Below are positions 50,054 to 62,836 of a DNA stretch of 64,000 nt, in pieces. A program made the position numbers and the translations under genes. How positions within the stretch are numbered: the stretch's first letter is position 1; each line of letters begins with the position of its first letter. The notes under the pieces were generated by a model. The model saw only the letters and a program-made list of their open reading frames with translations, was not told the DNA's origin and made no database searches. Source of the stretch: Diplonema japonicum (lineage: Eukaryota > Protista > Euglenozoa: Diplonemea); the NCBI GenBank assembly GCA_964019335.1, contig OZ025681.1, positions 534,079-598,078 on the forward strand, read 5' to 3'.

Positions 50054-53000
50054 CTAAATGCGAGTCTGTTCCTGTCTGCCCATCTCATGTTCCTCCTCCA
50101 TGCCTTTCAGGAACTCATCAACAGTGACAGTACTGCTCTGCTTGCGCCACATCACGAAGGCGACACCACCGCAAGCCGCAAGAACGCCCACGGCAATGAG
50201 GATCCAAATCCAGAACGGGGTCGACGACGACGAGCTGTCCTCTGGTGTGCTCACGGGGGACTGTGCAGCGGCTTGCAAGTTGAGGGGTGACTGTGCGTAC
50301 CCATTGCACCCCAACAGCACAGGGCTGCCCTTGCTGCTGACACCGGTCCCGTCGATGCACTTGCAAGTGTAGTCTTTCTTCTTGTCAGTGGTCATGTCGC
50401 CCTCCACGCATACTTCACCGTCGCCACATGGGTTGCTCAGGCATTCGTCAACGTAGTCACATGTAGCCACCTGCTTCCCTGTCTCGTTCCTGCTGGTCCC
50501 TGGGCAGCTGCACACGTAGTCCTTCAGCGTGTCCGTGCCTGTCGGGTCAGTGCACACTTGCCCCCCGCAAGGGTCATCGCTGCACTCGGTCTTCTCCGTG
50601 CACGTAGTAGCGCGTCCCAGTGTGCCGTGGCCTTCGTACCCCACCTTGCATGAGCACAGGTAGTCCTTCAGTTTGGTTGAGCTTGTGTCCTTGTCCTCGC
50701 AGTCCTGGTTGGCACCACACACGTCAGCCTTGCACTCGTCCTTCACATCGCACTTGGCAACAGGCCCCCCTGTCTTTGTCGTCCCCTCCCCCTTGCAAGT
50801 GCAGATGAAATCGTCCTTCTTGCTCATCCCGGTCGGGTCGCTGCACTCCTGTCCATTGCAAGGGTCCTTGGAACACTCATCGGTGGCAGGTGGCTGTGAC
50901 AACGTGTTTTGTCTTGAAAGTAACGTAAACATACCGCAGGGCAATTGGCCACAGGGGCGCCGGTCTGGGTCTTGCCGTTGGTGTTGCAGGTGCACGTGAA
51001 GTCGTCCTTGCTGTTCGCCTTGGGTGAAGGGTCCTTGCAGTCCTGGTTCGTCCCACAAGGAACTGGGTCCGCAAGGCACTCGTCCAAATCATCGCAGGCA
51101 GGCACAGGGCCGCCAGTGTTGTTGGTGCCCTTCGACTGACAGGTGCACACGAAGTCACCAGTGGCATCACTAGGGTCATTGCATTGCTGTCCGTTGCAAG
51201 GGTTAGGAGTGCATTCGTCCTTAGCATCCCTAGTATCTGGGGTGCATGTCGCAGCACCGCCAATTTTGCTGCCATTCATCTTCTCCCCGTTGGGGCCATC
51301 CTTGCAAGTGCACACGAAGTCACCAATGGCATCACTGGGGTCATTGCAGTCCTGTCCATTGCAAGGGTTAGGAGTGCATTCGTCCTTTGGTTCTGAGGTG
51401 CATGTCGCGGCACCACCAATGCTGCTGCCGTTCATCTTCTCCCCGTTGGGGCCATCTTTGCAAGTGCACACGAAGTCCAGGGTCGAGGCAGGTGAAGTGT
51501 TTGGGTCGTCACACTCCTGTGCGGTGGGGCACGGCGACGGGCTATTGCCTGCAGGCTTGCACTCATCGAACACGCAGGTCGCCGAGCCTCCAGTCTTCTC
51601 CCCTTCACCCGCACTGCATGTGCACACATAGTCCCCTGTCTTCGTCTCGTCAGGGTCGCTGCAGGTCTGGTAGTCACCACAGGGCTTGGTTGTGCATTCA
51701 CCCTTTAGCACGCACTCCGCAGGGCCGCCCACCTTCGTGACACCGTTGGGACAGGTGCAAGTGAAGTCGTTCAGACTGCCAGCCGAAGTGTCGGGATCGC
51801 TGCAAGTCTCCTTCACGGACGGGTCTCCAGCCCACACACAGGGGTTGTTCGTGCACTCGTCGCACTTCGCCATCGGGGCACCCTTGTTACTCTGTGTACC
51901 AAAGGGACAGCTGCACATGAAGTCACCGCTCACAAGCAGGTCAATATCTTGGCAGCGTTGGCCTGGCCCGCAAGGGTTCGCAACGCACTCGTCGGACCCA
52001 CAGCTGGGAACGGCTTTGCCAGTCGCATTGATGTCGGTCTTGAGACAGCTGCAGATGAAATCTTTGTCGCTGCCAAACGCAGTATCAGGGTCGCTGCAAC
52101 TCTGGTCAGCACCGCAAGGTTTTGTGTCACACTCGTTTTTCTCGCAATTTGCAGGGCCACCTTCCTGAACCATGCTCTTGTCAGAATCACAAGTGCAAGT
52201 AAAGTCGTTTATGCCTGTCTTATTGAGATCACTACATGTTTGCCCAGATCCACAAATCACTGGGTTGAGAACACATTCGTCAAAGTCACAAGTAGCAGAC
52301 GCACCAATGGTGACATCACCATTTAAGCAAGTGCAGGTGAAGTCATTTAAGCTCTTGAATCCAGTATCAGGGTCCGCGCAGATCTGACCTTGGCCACAAG
52401 GTTTAGTAGCACATTCATCGTTCTCACATATTGCCGAACCACCTATCTTGCTAATGCTAGTGTCAGAGTTGCAGGTGCAGGTGAAGTCACCTTTGCTCAT
52501 CTCCGACTTGTCTGGGTCGTTGCAGGTTTGCTTTCCACCACAGGGCGGGGGGGTGGTAGCACATTCGTTATGATCGCAAGCAGCCGGAGTGCCAGTTGCA
52601 ACAATACCGTTCGTGCAAGTGCACGTGAAATCTTTAGTGCTTGCAAGAGCGGTGTCGGGGTCGTTGCAGGTTTGCCCCGTGCCGCAAGGATTGGCGACAC
52701 ACTCATCTAAGGTACACGTGGCGGCACCGCCTGTTTTAGTACCGGACTGAGGAGCCTTACAACTACACTCGTAGTCGTTCAAACTCTTTAACCCAGTATC
52801 GGGATCTATGCAACTCTGCCCAGCAGCGCAAGGCTTGTTCTTACACTCATCCTTCGTGCACCTTGCAGGGCCATCAATCTTAACAACGGTCGTGTCAGCA
52901 TCACAAGTGCAGGTGAAGTCGTGTTGGCTTGTCTTTGCCTTGTTGGGGTCATTGCAAGTTTGACCAGTACCACAGGGAGCAGGGGTGGCAGCACACTCAT

Positions 53001-56000
53001 CGATCTCACAAGTTGCAGAAGTACCAGTGGCAACAACACCATTGGTGCAGGTGCAGGTGAAGTCATTCAAGTTCTTCAACCCAGTGTTGGGGTCGTTGCA
53101 AACCTGTCCCGTTCCACAAGGGTTGGGGACACACTCATCTTTCTCACATTTCGCAGGGCCATCAACCTTAACAATGGTCGTGTCAGAATCACAAGTGCAG
53201 GTGAAGTCGTGTTGGCTTGTCTTTGCCTTGTTGGGGTCATTGCAAGTTTGACCAGTACCACAGGGAGCAGGGGTGGCAGCACACTCATCGATCTCACAAG
53301 TCGCAGAAGTACCAGTGGCAACAACACCATTGGTGCAGGTACAGGTGAAGTCATTCAAGTTCTTTGTCCCAGTGTTGGGGTCATTGCAAACCTGTCCCGT
53401 TCCACAAGGGTTGGGGACACACTCATCTTTCCCACATTTCGCAGGGCCATCAACCTTAACAATGGTCGTGTCAGAATCACAAGTGCAGGTGAAGTCGTGT
53501 TGGCTTGTCTTTGCCTTGTTGGGGTCATTGCACGTTTGACCACCACCACAGGGAGCAGGGGTGGCAGCACACTCATCGATCTCACAAGTCGCAGAAGTAC
53601 CAGTGGCAACAACACCATTGGTGCAGGTGCAGGTGAAGTCATTCAAGTTCTTCAACCCAGTGTTGGGGTCGTTGCAAACCTGCCCCGTTCCACAAGGGTC
53701 GGGGACACACTCATCTTTGATGCACCTTGCAGGGCCATCAACCTTAACAATGGTCGTGTCAGCATCACAAGTGCAGGTGAAGTCGTGTTGGCTTGACTTT
53801 GCCTTGTTGGGGTCATTGCAAGTTTGACCACCACCACAGGGAGCAGGGGTGGCAGCACACTCATCGATCTCACAAGTTGCAGAAGTACCAGTAGCAACAA
53901 CACCATTGGTGCAGGTACAGGTGAAGTCATTCAGGTTCGTCTTTCCAGTGTTGGGGTCGTTGCAAACCTGTCCCGTACCACAAGGGTTGGGAACACACTC
54001 ATCTTTCCCACATGTCGCAGGGCCATCAACCTTAACAATGGTCGTGTCAGAATCACAAGTGCAGGTGAAGTCGTGTTGGCTTGTCTTTGCCTTGTTGGGG
54101 TCATTGCAAGTTTGACCACCACCACAGGGAGCAGGGGTGGCAGCACATTCATCAACTTCACAAGTTGCAGAAGTACCAGTGGCAACAACACCATTGGTGC
54201 AGGTGCAGGTGAAGTCATTCAAGTTCTTCAACCCAGTGTTGGGGTCGTTGCAAACCTGTCCCGTTCCACAAGGATTGGGGACACACTCATCCTTCCCACA
54301 TTTCGCAGGGCCATCAACCTTAACAATGGTCGTGTCAGCATCACAAGTGCAGGTGAAGTCGTGTTGGCTTGTCTTTGCCTTGTTGGGGTCATTGCACGTT
54401 TGACCAGTACCACAGGGAGCAGGGGTGGCAGCACACTCATCGATCTCACAAGTCGCAGAAGTACCAGTGGCAACAACACCATTGGTGCAGGTACAGGTGA
54501 AGTCATTCAGGTTCTTTGTCCCAGTGTTGGGGTCGTTGCAAACCTGTCCCGTTCCACAAGGGTTGGGGACACACTCATCCTTCCCACATTTCGCAGGGCC
54601 ATCAACCTTAACAATGGTCGTGTCAGCATCACAAGTGCAGGTGAAGTCGTGTTGGCTTGTCTTTGCCTTGTTGGGGTCATTGCAAGTTTGACCACCACCA
54701 CAGGGAGCAGGGGTGGCAGCACACTCATCGATCTCACAAGTCGCAGAAGTACCAGTGGCAACAACACCATTGGTGCAGGTGCAGGTGAAGTCATTCAAGT
54801 TCTTTGTTCCAGTGTTGGGGTCGTTGCAAACCTGCCCCGTTCCACAAGGGTTGGGAACACACTCATCTTTGGTGCACCTTGCAGGGCCATCAATCTGAAC
54901 AATGGTCGTGTCAGCATCACAAGTGCAGGTGAAGTCGTGTTGGCTTGACTTTGCCTTGTTGGGGTCATTGCAAGTTTGACCACCACCACAGGGAGCAGGG
55001 GTGGCAGCACATTCATCAACTTCACAAGTTGCAGAAGTACCAGTAGCAACAACACCATTGGTGCAGGTACAGGTGAAATCTTTAACACTTGCGATGGCAG
55101 TGTTGGGGTCATTACATACTTGCCCTGTGCCACAAGGTGTGGCGTCACACTCGTTCAATATGCACGTGGCTGTGTTTCCTGTCATTGTGCCAGACTTAGG
55201 TGCGCTACACGTGCACACAAAGTCCTTGCTTGTCCCTATCGATTGGTCAGGGTCGTTGCAAGTTTGTCCGTTTCCGCAAGGTGTAGCGTCGCACTCATCC
55301 AACATACAGGTAGCTGCCTTGCCAACTGCTGACCCTGTTCCTGTGGTGCAACTACAGACATAGTCGTTAGCCGGTGCTGATGCTTTGTCGGGATCAAGAC
55401 ATGTCTGGCCTGTAGGACAGGGTGTAGCAGTACACTCGTCATTCGCACCATTGTTACAACTGGCCGGCCCACCTACTTGCGTTATAGCCGTATTCGGTGC
55501 AGGGCAGGTACACACATAGTCTTTTGTAACAGCAGCCGATGGATTGGGATCATTGCAAGTCTGCCCTGTAGCACATGGGTTCGTTGCACACTCATCTTTG
55601 GTACAAGTAGCTGGTCCGTCAACCTTCTTGATGCTAGTGTCAATGTCACAAGTGCAGGTGAAGTCGTGGAGCATGTTTGCAGCCGTGTTGGGATCATTGC
55701 AAGTTTGCCCAGTGCCACAAGGAGCGGGAGTTGCCGTACATTCATCATTCGTGCAAGTTGCTGGACCACCAGTCACGACAATAGTTGTCCCAGTACAAGT
55801 ACAAGTGTAGTCACCAGTCTTGCTTGCTGATGTGTCAGGGTCATTGCAGTCCTGCCCAGCACCACAAGGAGAAGGGGTAGCCGAACACTCATCTTTGGTG
55901 CAGGTGGCTGGCCCGTCAACCTTCTTGATGGTGGTATCACTGTCACAAGTGCAGGTGAAGTCGTGGAGCACGTTTGCAGCCGTGTTGGGATCATTGCAAG

Positions 56001-59000
56001 TCTGCCCAGTGCCACAAGGAGCGGGAGTTGCCGTGCATTCATCATTCGTGCAAGTTGCTGGACCACCAGTCACGACAATAGTTGTCCCAGTGCAAGTGCA
56101 AGTGTAGTCACCAGTCTTGCCAGGAGATGGGTCAGGGTCATTGCAGTCCTGCCCAGCACCACAAGGAGAAGGGGTAGCCGAACACTCATCTTTGGTGCAC
56201 GTCGCAGGCCCGTCAACCTTCTTGATGGTGGTGTCACTGTCACAAGTGCAGGTGAAGTCGTGGAGCACGTTTGCAGCCGTGTTGGGATCATTGCAAGTCT
56301 GCCCAGTGCCACAAGGAGCGGGAGTTGCCGTGCATTCATCATTCGTGCAAGTTGCTGAACCACCAGTCACGACAATAGTTGTCCCAGTGCAAGTGCAAGT
56401 GTAGTCACCAGTCTTGCCAGGAGATGGGTCAGGGTCATCGCAGTCCTGCCCAGCACCACAAGGAGAAGGGGTAGCCGAACACTCATCTTTGGTGCAGGTG
56501 GCTGGCCCGTCAACCTTCTTGATGGTGGTATCACTGTCACAAGTGCAGGTGAAGTCGTGGAGCACGTTTGCAGCCGTGTTGGGATCATTGCAAGTCTGCC
56601 CAGTGCCACAAGGAGCGGGAGTTGCTGTGCATTCATCATTCGTGCAAGTTGCTGAACCACCAGTCACGACAATAGTTGTCCCAGTGCAAGTGCAAGTGTA
56701 GTCACCAGTCTTGCTTGCTGATGGGTCAGGGTCATTGCAGTCCTGCCCAGCACCACAAGGAGAAGGGGTAGCCGAACACTCATCTTTGGTGCACGTCGCA
56801 GGCCCGTCAACCTTCTTGATGGTGGTATCACTGTCACAGGTGCAGGTGAAGTCGTGGAGCATGTTTGAAGCCGTATTGGGATCATTGCAAGTCTGCCCAG
56901 TGCCACAAGGAGCGGGAGTTGCCGTGCATTCATCATTCGTGCAAGTTGCTGAACCACCAGTCACGACAATAGTTGTCCCAGTGCAAGTGCAAGTGTAGTC
57001 ACCAGTCTTGCTTGCTGATGGGTCAGGGTCATTGCAGTCCTGCCCAGCACCACAAGGAGAAGGGGTAGCCGAACACTCATCTTTAGTGCACGTCGCAGGC
57101 CCGTCAACCTTCTTGATGGTGGTGTCACTGTCACAAGTGCAGGTGAAGTCGTGGAGCACGTTTGCAGCCGTGTTGGGATCATTGCAAGTCTGCCCAGTGC
57201 CACAAGGAGCGGGAGTTGCTGTGCATTCATCATTCGTGCAAGTTGCTGGACCACCAGTCACGACAATAGTTGTCCCAGTGCAAGTGCAAGTGTAGTCACC
57301 AGTCTTGCTTGCTGATGGGTCAGGGTCATTGCAGTCCTGCCCAGCACCACAAGGAGAAGGGGTAGCCGAACACTCATCTTTGGTGCAGGTGGCTGGCCCG
57401 TCAACCTTCTTGATGGTGGTATCACTGTCACAAGTGCAGGTGAAGTCGTGGAGCACGTTTGCAGCCGTGTTGGGATCATTGCAAGTCTGCCCAGTGCCAC
57501 AAGGAGCGGGAGTTGCTGTGCATTCATCATTCGTGCAAGTTGCTGGACCACCAGTCACGACAATAGTTGTCCCAGTACAAGTGCAAGTGTAGTCACCAGT
57601 CTTGCTTGCTGATGGGTCAGGGTCATTGCAGTCCTGCCCAGCACCACAAGGAGAAGGGGTAGCCGAACACTCATCTTTGGTGCACGTCGCAGGCCCGTCA
57701 ACCTTCTTGATGGTGGTATCACTGTCACAGGTGCAGGTGAAGTCGTGGAGCACGTTTGCAGCCGTGTTGGGATCATTGCAAGTCTGCCCAGTGCCACAAG
57801 GAGCGGGAGTTGCTGTGCATTCATCATTCGTGCAAGTTGCTGGACCACCAGTCACGACAATAGTTGTCCCAGTGCAAGTGCAAGTGTAGTCACCAGTCTT
57901 GCTTGCTGATGGGTCAGGGTCATTGCAGTCCTGCCCAGCACCACAAGGAGAAGGGGTAGCCGAACACTCATCTTTGGTGCACGTCGCAGGCCCGTCAACC
58001 TTCTTGATGGTGGTGTCACTGTCACAAGTGCAGGTGAAGTCGTGGAGTGAACCAAGTGCCGTGTCTGGATCGTTGCAAGTTTGCCCAGTGCCACACGGCG
58101 CAGGTGTTGCTTTGCATTCATCTTTCGAGTTACCACATGTCGTAAAGCTGCCAGCAATGAGGACCCACTTCTTCCACGAGGCAGGGAAGTAACAGATCTT
58201 GTACTCAGTTTTGTCCGCCAGGCCCGGGAGGGTTCCTGGACTCCACTCAGTCGCAACCCCTTCGACCTTCACAAGGGAGCCGACAGAAGCGGAGCAGGCA
58301 TTCAAAGTCGCACACTGCGTCTCCGCATTGCTGCAGTCGGTAGCTGTGTTCGGGACCACAGCAATCTTGTCAGACGTCCCGAGCTCGTCCGTCCCAGGAT
58401 AGAAGTGGAACACGGGGGCATCCGTCCCAGGGGTAGGGCATTTTGGTTTCAACGAGAACAGAGGGTCACGGTGATCGCACAGCAGGGACAGGGTGTCGAT
58501 GTAGCAGCCACTCGCACCGCTGTTCACAGCCATCTGGACTTGTGCCACAGCACCAAAGGTGGACGGGATCTTGGGTGCGATGGTTTGTGCCGCCCCATCC
58601 AAGGAGGTCGTGATGGCAAGGTTCTGCCAGTTCAGCCCGAGATCCAGCTTGTACCAGGTGTTCGCTGAGGTCGTCCCAAAGTACTCGATCGAGTTGGAGT
58701 TGATCTTCACACCGAACTGCGAGAACACCCCGATGTACACACGGATGCTGTCACCGCTCGAGGAGGTAAGGGTGACAGAGAGCTGCGAGGTGGCGCTCGA
58801 AACACGTGCCCAGAAGCTCAAGGTGTTGGGCTGGATCCCCCCAGCAGGTTCGCTGTAGAGGTAGCCTGCCTGCTTCATGGCGAGGGAGCCCGCCCCCTCC
58901 TTCTTCACCGAAGTAGACACACCCGCAACAGAGGAGCTCACAGAGCCTGGGTCGTCGTAAGCACGGTTCACACTGTGGTGGCACTCTCCGGGAATCTGGA

Positions 59001-61092
59001 ACTCCACGTCCTTCACAGACCAGATGGGGGGCTGCCCGCTCGTGAACATGTTCCCCTTCAGGTAAAGGTCCACAAGCTCAGTTGTAGCCGTGCGGAAGGT
59101 GGAAGCCGCCTTCAAGGGACCGATCGTCACCACCTGACCGTTGATCTTCACAATGGAGGTGTCGATCATGCTGGAGCGCAGACCGTTCCACCCCGTGGTG
59201 GAAGGGTAGTCCGCAATCATCGCGTCGATGATGGCCTGCTTGTTCGCTGTCGTGTCCACCCAGGAGTCGTAGTCTCCGACGAGGGTGAGGGTAATGGAAG
59301 TCCCGCCCGCCCTCAGCTGGTCCTGTGTCAGCCCTTCCACCACAGACCCGGTCATCAAGATGTAAGAGGTGCACCACAAGTGGAACTCATCCATCCAAGC
59401 CGGTCCGAACATGATAGCCTTGTTGAAGCCATTGTTGCAGCCGTTCCTGAAGGCCACGCCTGTGACCTCCTGGTGACCGTCGATGAACAAGTCGGCCGTC
59501 TGTGCCCCCCAGTTCACGTGGATGTCGAAGTGGTAGAAGTGCTTTCCCAGTGCCTCAGCCCCTGCCTGCTTGTTGTTCAACCACCAGCCACCGCTCTGGA
59601 ACATCACCTGGAAGCAAGAGGTGTCACCGTCACGGAAGTCGAGAGCGGGGGTCTTGGAGTCGTCCGTGAAGCGTGCCATGAAGAAGGTGATCCTGCGAGG
59701 CTTGCTGTTGGAGAGGAGGGTGAGCTGTCCCTGGGCGGAGGCGCCAGGGTCCGCTTCGTCCCCAACCCTCCACGAGCCGCCACCCTCCGCGTAGAAGGCC
59801 GTGTCCAACTTAACAGTGGTCCCGATCGGGGCCCACGTCCCGATGTCCTCGTCGAAGGCATGCAGGTAGTTCTCAGGACAGTTCGAGAAACCCAAGCACT
59901 CCAGCCCACCGTAGGCCCCGTTGCAGGTACAGGGAGCGAGGGGGTTGTTCCCACAAGTCCCCCTCCCACCGCACACCTTCGGGTCGTCAGAGGAAACCCC
60001 GAAGCACACCGCATCCGTTGCCGACACCGACACCTCCACAGAGCAGGTCGTCGTCGTCCCGTCGCTCCCGGTGAAGACAGCCGCCAAGGTGTAGTCGTTT
60101 CCAGCGTGTGCCGCGGTGGGGGTGAATTTTCCAAGAGCGAAGCCGACCCTCCCGATGTTCGACCCGGTGGCGACAGACCACGTCAGAGCCGACGAGGGTG
60201 CCGTGGTGCCCCCGTAGGCCACAGTCATGGTCTTCCCCGCCGCGAAGAGGGCGTTGAACTCCACACGCCAGAGCTTCGAGTGCGGGATCACATGCTTCTT
60301 CCCGGACTGCTGCGAGGACCTGCAGATCGGGGCCGCGAAGGTGTCCGAGCAGCCGTTGTACATGAAGTTCACGGTGTCGACGTCCCCGTCGCTCAGCCCG
60401 AGACGCTGCCCGATGGGGAGCGGCGACACGATCGTCGGTTGGTTCCCGATGGCGAACCCGTTCGCCCCGTAGTGCATGATGCTCCCGTAGTCGTAGCTCC
60501 CGATGTCCCTCCCGTTCGCCCCCGTCTTCTCAAAGTTGTTCTCCATACCCGCCTTCACCTGGCTCATGTCCACATACACGAACTCGTCACGGTCGTTCCT
60601 CGCCTGCTCGTGCGACAGCCCGATGCTGTGCCCGATCTCGTGGATCGTCGCCCCTGTCCCGCAGTTCTCCGCCAGGTTGATCTGGTTCACGTCCCCGTAG
60701 GTCCCCACGGGGGAGTTGCACGCCGATGCATCGGAGATGAAGTACAGGTAGGGCTTCCCACAGCCGTTCTTCGTCGCACACTTCGTGAAGCGCAGGCACG
60801 TCTTCGTCTCCCAGTGTGCCAGGGATGCCAGGATCCGAGGGTCCGTCTCCGTCAAGAGGTACGAGGCGGGCCTGGCAGTGTTTGTGTACTTCGTCTCGAT
60901 GAAGTAGTTCAAGCGGCCCCCTGCCCACAGCTGGTTCGTCGTTGTGAACCCCGATGACCCGAGGGTCTCCCCGCCACGTGTCTCGCGCACCTGGATGTCC
61001 GACTGTGTAATCCTGTACTTGTACTCCTGTGTCGTGGGCAGCTCCGCCACAGCAGCCGCCGCGAAGAGAACCGTGACCAGTCCTCTTATCAT
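50054..61092 (-). CDS. Astacin (M12A) membrane metalloprotease C: shared head + about 55 EGF-like modules + TM; 2 exons (50935-61092, 50054-50893), 3665 aa
   Basis: Same head. Six-Cys modules DEC..PC..Q.C.DP...F.C.C...C. A 41-nt GT-AG intron joins ANCPA|PPATDECS. TM FWIWILIAVGVLAACGGVAFVMW. Confidence 0.9.
50894..50934 (-). other. 41-nt spliceosomal intron (phase 0)
   Basis: GTATGT...CACAG; removal links the 3462-aa ORF to the 341-aa ORF in frame. Confidence 0.88.
52840..55150 (-). repeat. Coding tandem array, 288-bp unit (96 aa, two EGF-like modules), about 8 copies
   Basis: Shadow ORF starts recur every 288 nt (52985 to 55001). Confidence 0.9.
55570..58130 (-). repeat. Coding tandem array, 297-bp unit (99 aa, two EGF-like modules), about 8.5 copies
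   Basis: Shadow ORF starts recur every 297 nt (55820 to 57899). Confidence 0.9.
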
Positions 61093-61240
61093 ATTGTTTG
61101 TAAAAACCCTAAGCCTGCGTTGATGCACAGCAGAAGGAAACCAAAAAGGAAATAACAACAAAAGAAAAACAGGGGAAAGGATAAATAAGAAAACAGCGGG
61201 GGGGGGGGTCACATGGTCCTAAAAAACGTGGTTAAACGTG

Positions 61241-61365
61241 AAAAAAGAGTCGGCTGATTGTTTGTGCAAGCCATTTTCACCTACAGTAGGGATAAACGGA
61301 CAAGCTGCCTCTACTCTTTTTTGCAATAACAATTCTTTTCAAAAGTTTGTTTACTTGTTCCAGCA
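61241..61365. repeat. Dispersed structured non-coding element upstream of astacin C
   Basis: Near identical to 37597-37720, diverged from 10031-10162. Confidence 0.85.
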
Positions 61366-62073
61366 AAAAAAAATATATATGAGTAAAAGGAGGCCGGTGT
61401 TGGTGGCGCCCTGCACAAGAACTGTCTACTTGATTACGGGGGGCGCACCGCGGCCGAGTTGTAGCTTCTTCTGCGTTCCGCGTTGTGTCCTTTATGCGTG
61501 CGGTGTACAGCTCAACCCCAGCCGGTGCGTCCCGGGTAACCAAGATTCTGCGCTCGTGCAGTTTGCTGCCTGTTCGTCACCCTGAGCATCTGCGTTACGT
61601 TCTACTCGGGCGCTACCGGTGATGACCGACGAGGAAGTCAACAGCGAACAACACATCTGATGTTTTTCTTATATTTTCATGTTATCCCCACCACCTTTTA
61701 AAAAAAGAATGATAGATATTCATCAGAAATGCCGCGCAAAACACAGAAAAGTTCACAATCGGACAATGTAAGACAGTACTCTGCCGTTCAAACGGTAGCG
61801 GCGTCCTAAATAGCCGCGTTCAAAGGGTGGAACACCATGGTCAAATTCTAAAATTTTCAGAACTCAGAAACTACAGGGGAGACAACAGGCCAGGTGGTCA
61901 CCAGTTTTAAAAATGCAAAATAATGATTTGTAGGTGCCCAAAAAGTAAAAAGTACCGGGCGGAAATCGATTTTTTGGTCGAGAAAGGGGCGTTTTACATG
62001 GTTTAAGCGGCTCCCGTGTTCTGCATTTCCGAATTTGAAAAAACCCACTTTACCACCCCCATGTGACCCCCCC

Positions 62074-62225
62074 TAGGGCTATGCTGGCATGGAAACGCGT
62101 TTCCATGCATTTTTTGAAAAGTATGGAAACGGAAACGGAAACGTTTCCTTATGTTTCCTTAAGAAGGAAACACGTTTCCATAAGAATTTTGAAAAGTGGA
62201 AACGTTTCCTGCCAGCATAGCCCTG
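62074..62225. mobile_element. 152-bp MITE with hAT-like termini
   Basis: TAGGGCTATGCTGGCA(T)GGAAACG ... CGTTTCCTGCCAGCATAGCCCTG; internal GGAAAC/GTTTCC repeats; no 8-bp TSD visible. Confidence 0.75.
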
Positions 62226-62396
62226 GGGGGGGGGGGGGGGGGGGGTGAAGAGAAAAGAAAAAAGGGATAAAGACAGAACGAAATATAAACCCACCCCACA
62301 TTTTGCTAACCCACCTACTCACCAGTTTACTTCACGTTGACATCCTTTTTTTTTTTTTTTTTTACAATCAACCTCGCCTACAAACGTGGTTCCCAC

Positions 62397-62836
62397 TACT
62401 GTGAAAACGAAAAGAGTTTCGTCGAAAAAGATTTTTGTCGTTTTTCTTTCCCTGTTGTTTACGTCACTTTTTCCTGACATGAAAAGTTTTCTGGGTAAGG
62501 CACTTTTCAAAGTCAAGAATCTTTCTCAGATGCGTCTTTTGATTTCTTGTCAAAATCATCCGAAAGACGAAAGGCAACTCAGTCCGGTTAACCAATAACT
62601 CCCTGAGATCTTGGACACAGAAGCCAGGTCACCTCCAGGTACGACTCGCACAGTGCATTGAGGTAGCTCAGCCCTTGCAACCAATTTCGCAACCTTAACA
62701 GCAGTAAGACAGCTACGCACAAGTACCGTTGGATCCTAGGCTAGGGTTGTTCTTAGCGAAGCCGCGGGGTGAAAAAACTTTTTTCTTCTTTTTTCCGTCA
62801 CTTTTTTTCTTGACGAAAGTTTTTCGTTTTACAGTA
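62397..62836. mobile_element. Probable TA-flanked MITE
   Basis: Imperfect ~30-bp TIR: TACTGTGAAAACGAAAAGAGTTTCGTC versus GACGAAAGTTTTCGTTTTACAGTA. Confidence 0.55.

Noticed and set aside
61093-61212. N-terminal ORF extensions (also 34011-34082, 2665-3033, 23220-23333, 24364-24480)
   Set aside because: Low-complexity or not shared between paralogs; downstream ATGs give proper signal or targeting peptides.
61680-62060. Possible DNA-transposon remnant
   Set aside because: No matching termini or coding fragment found.
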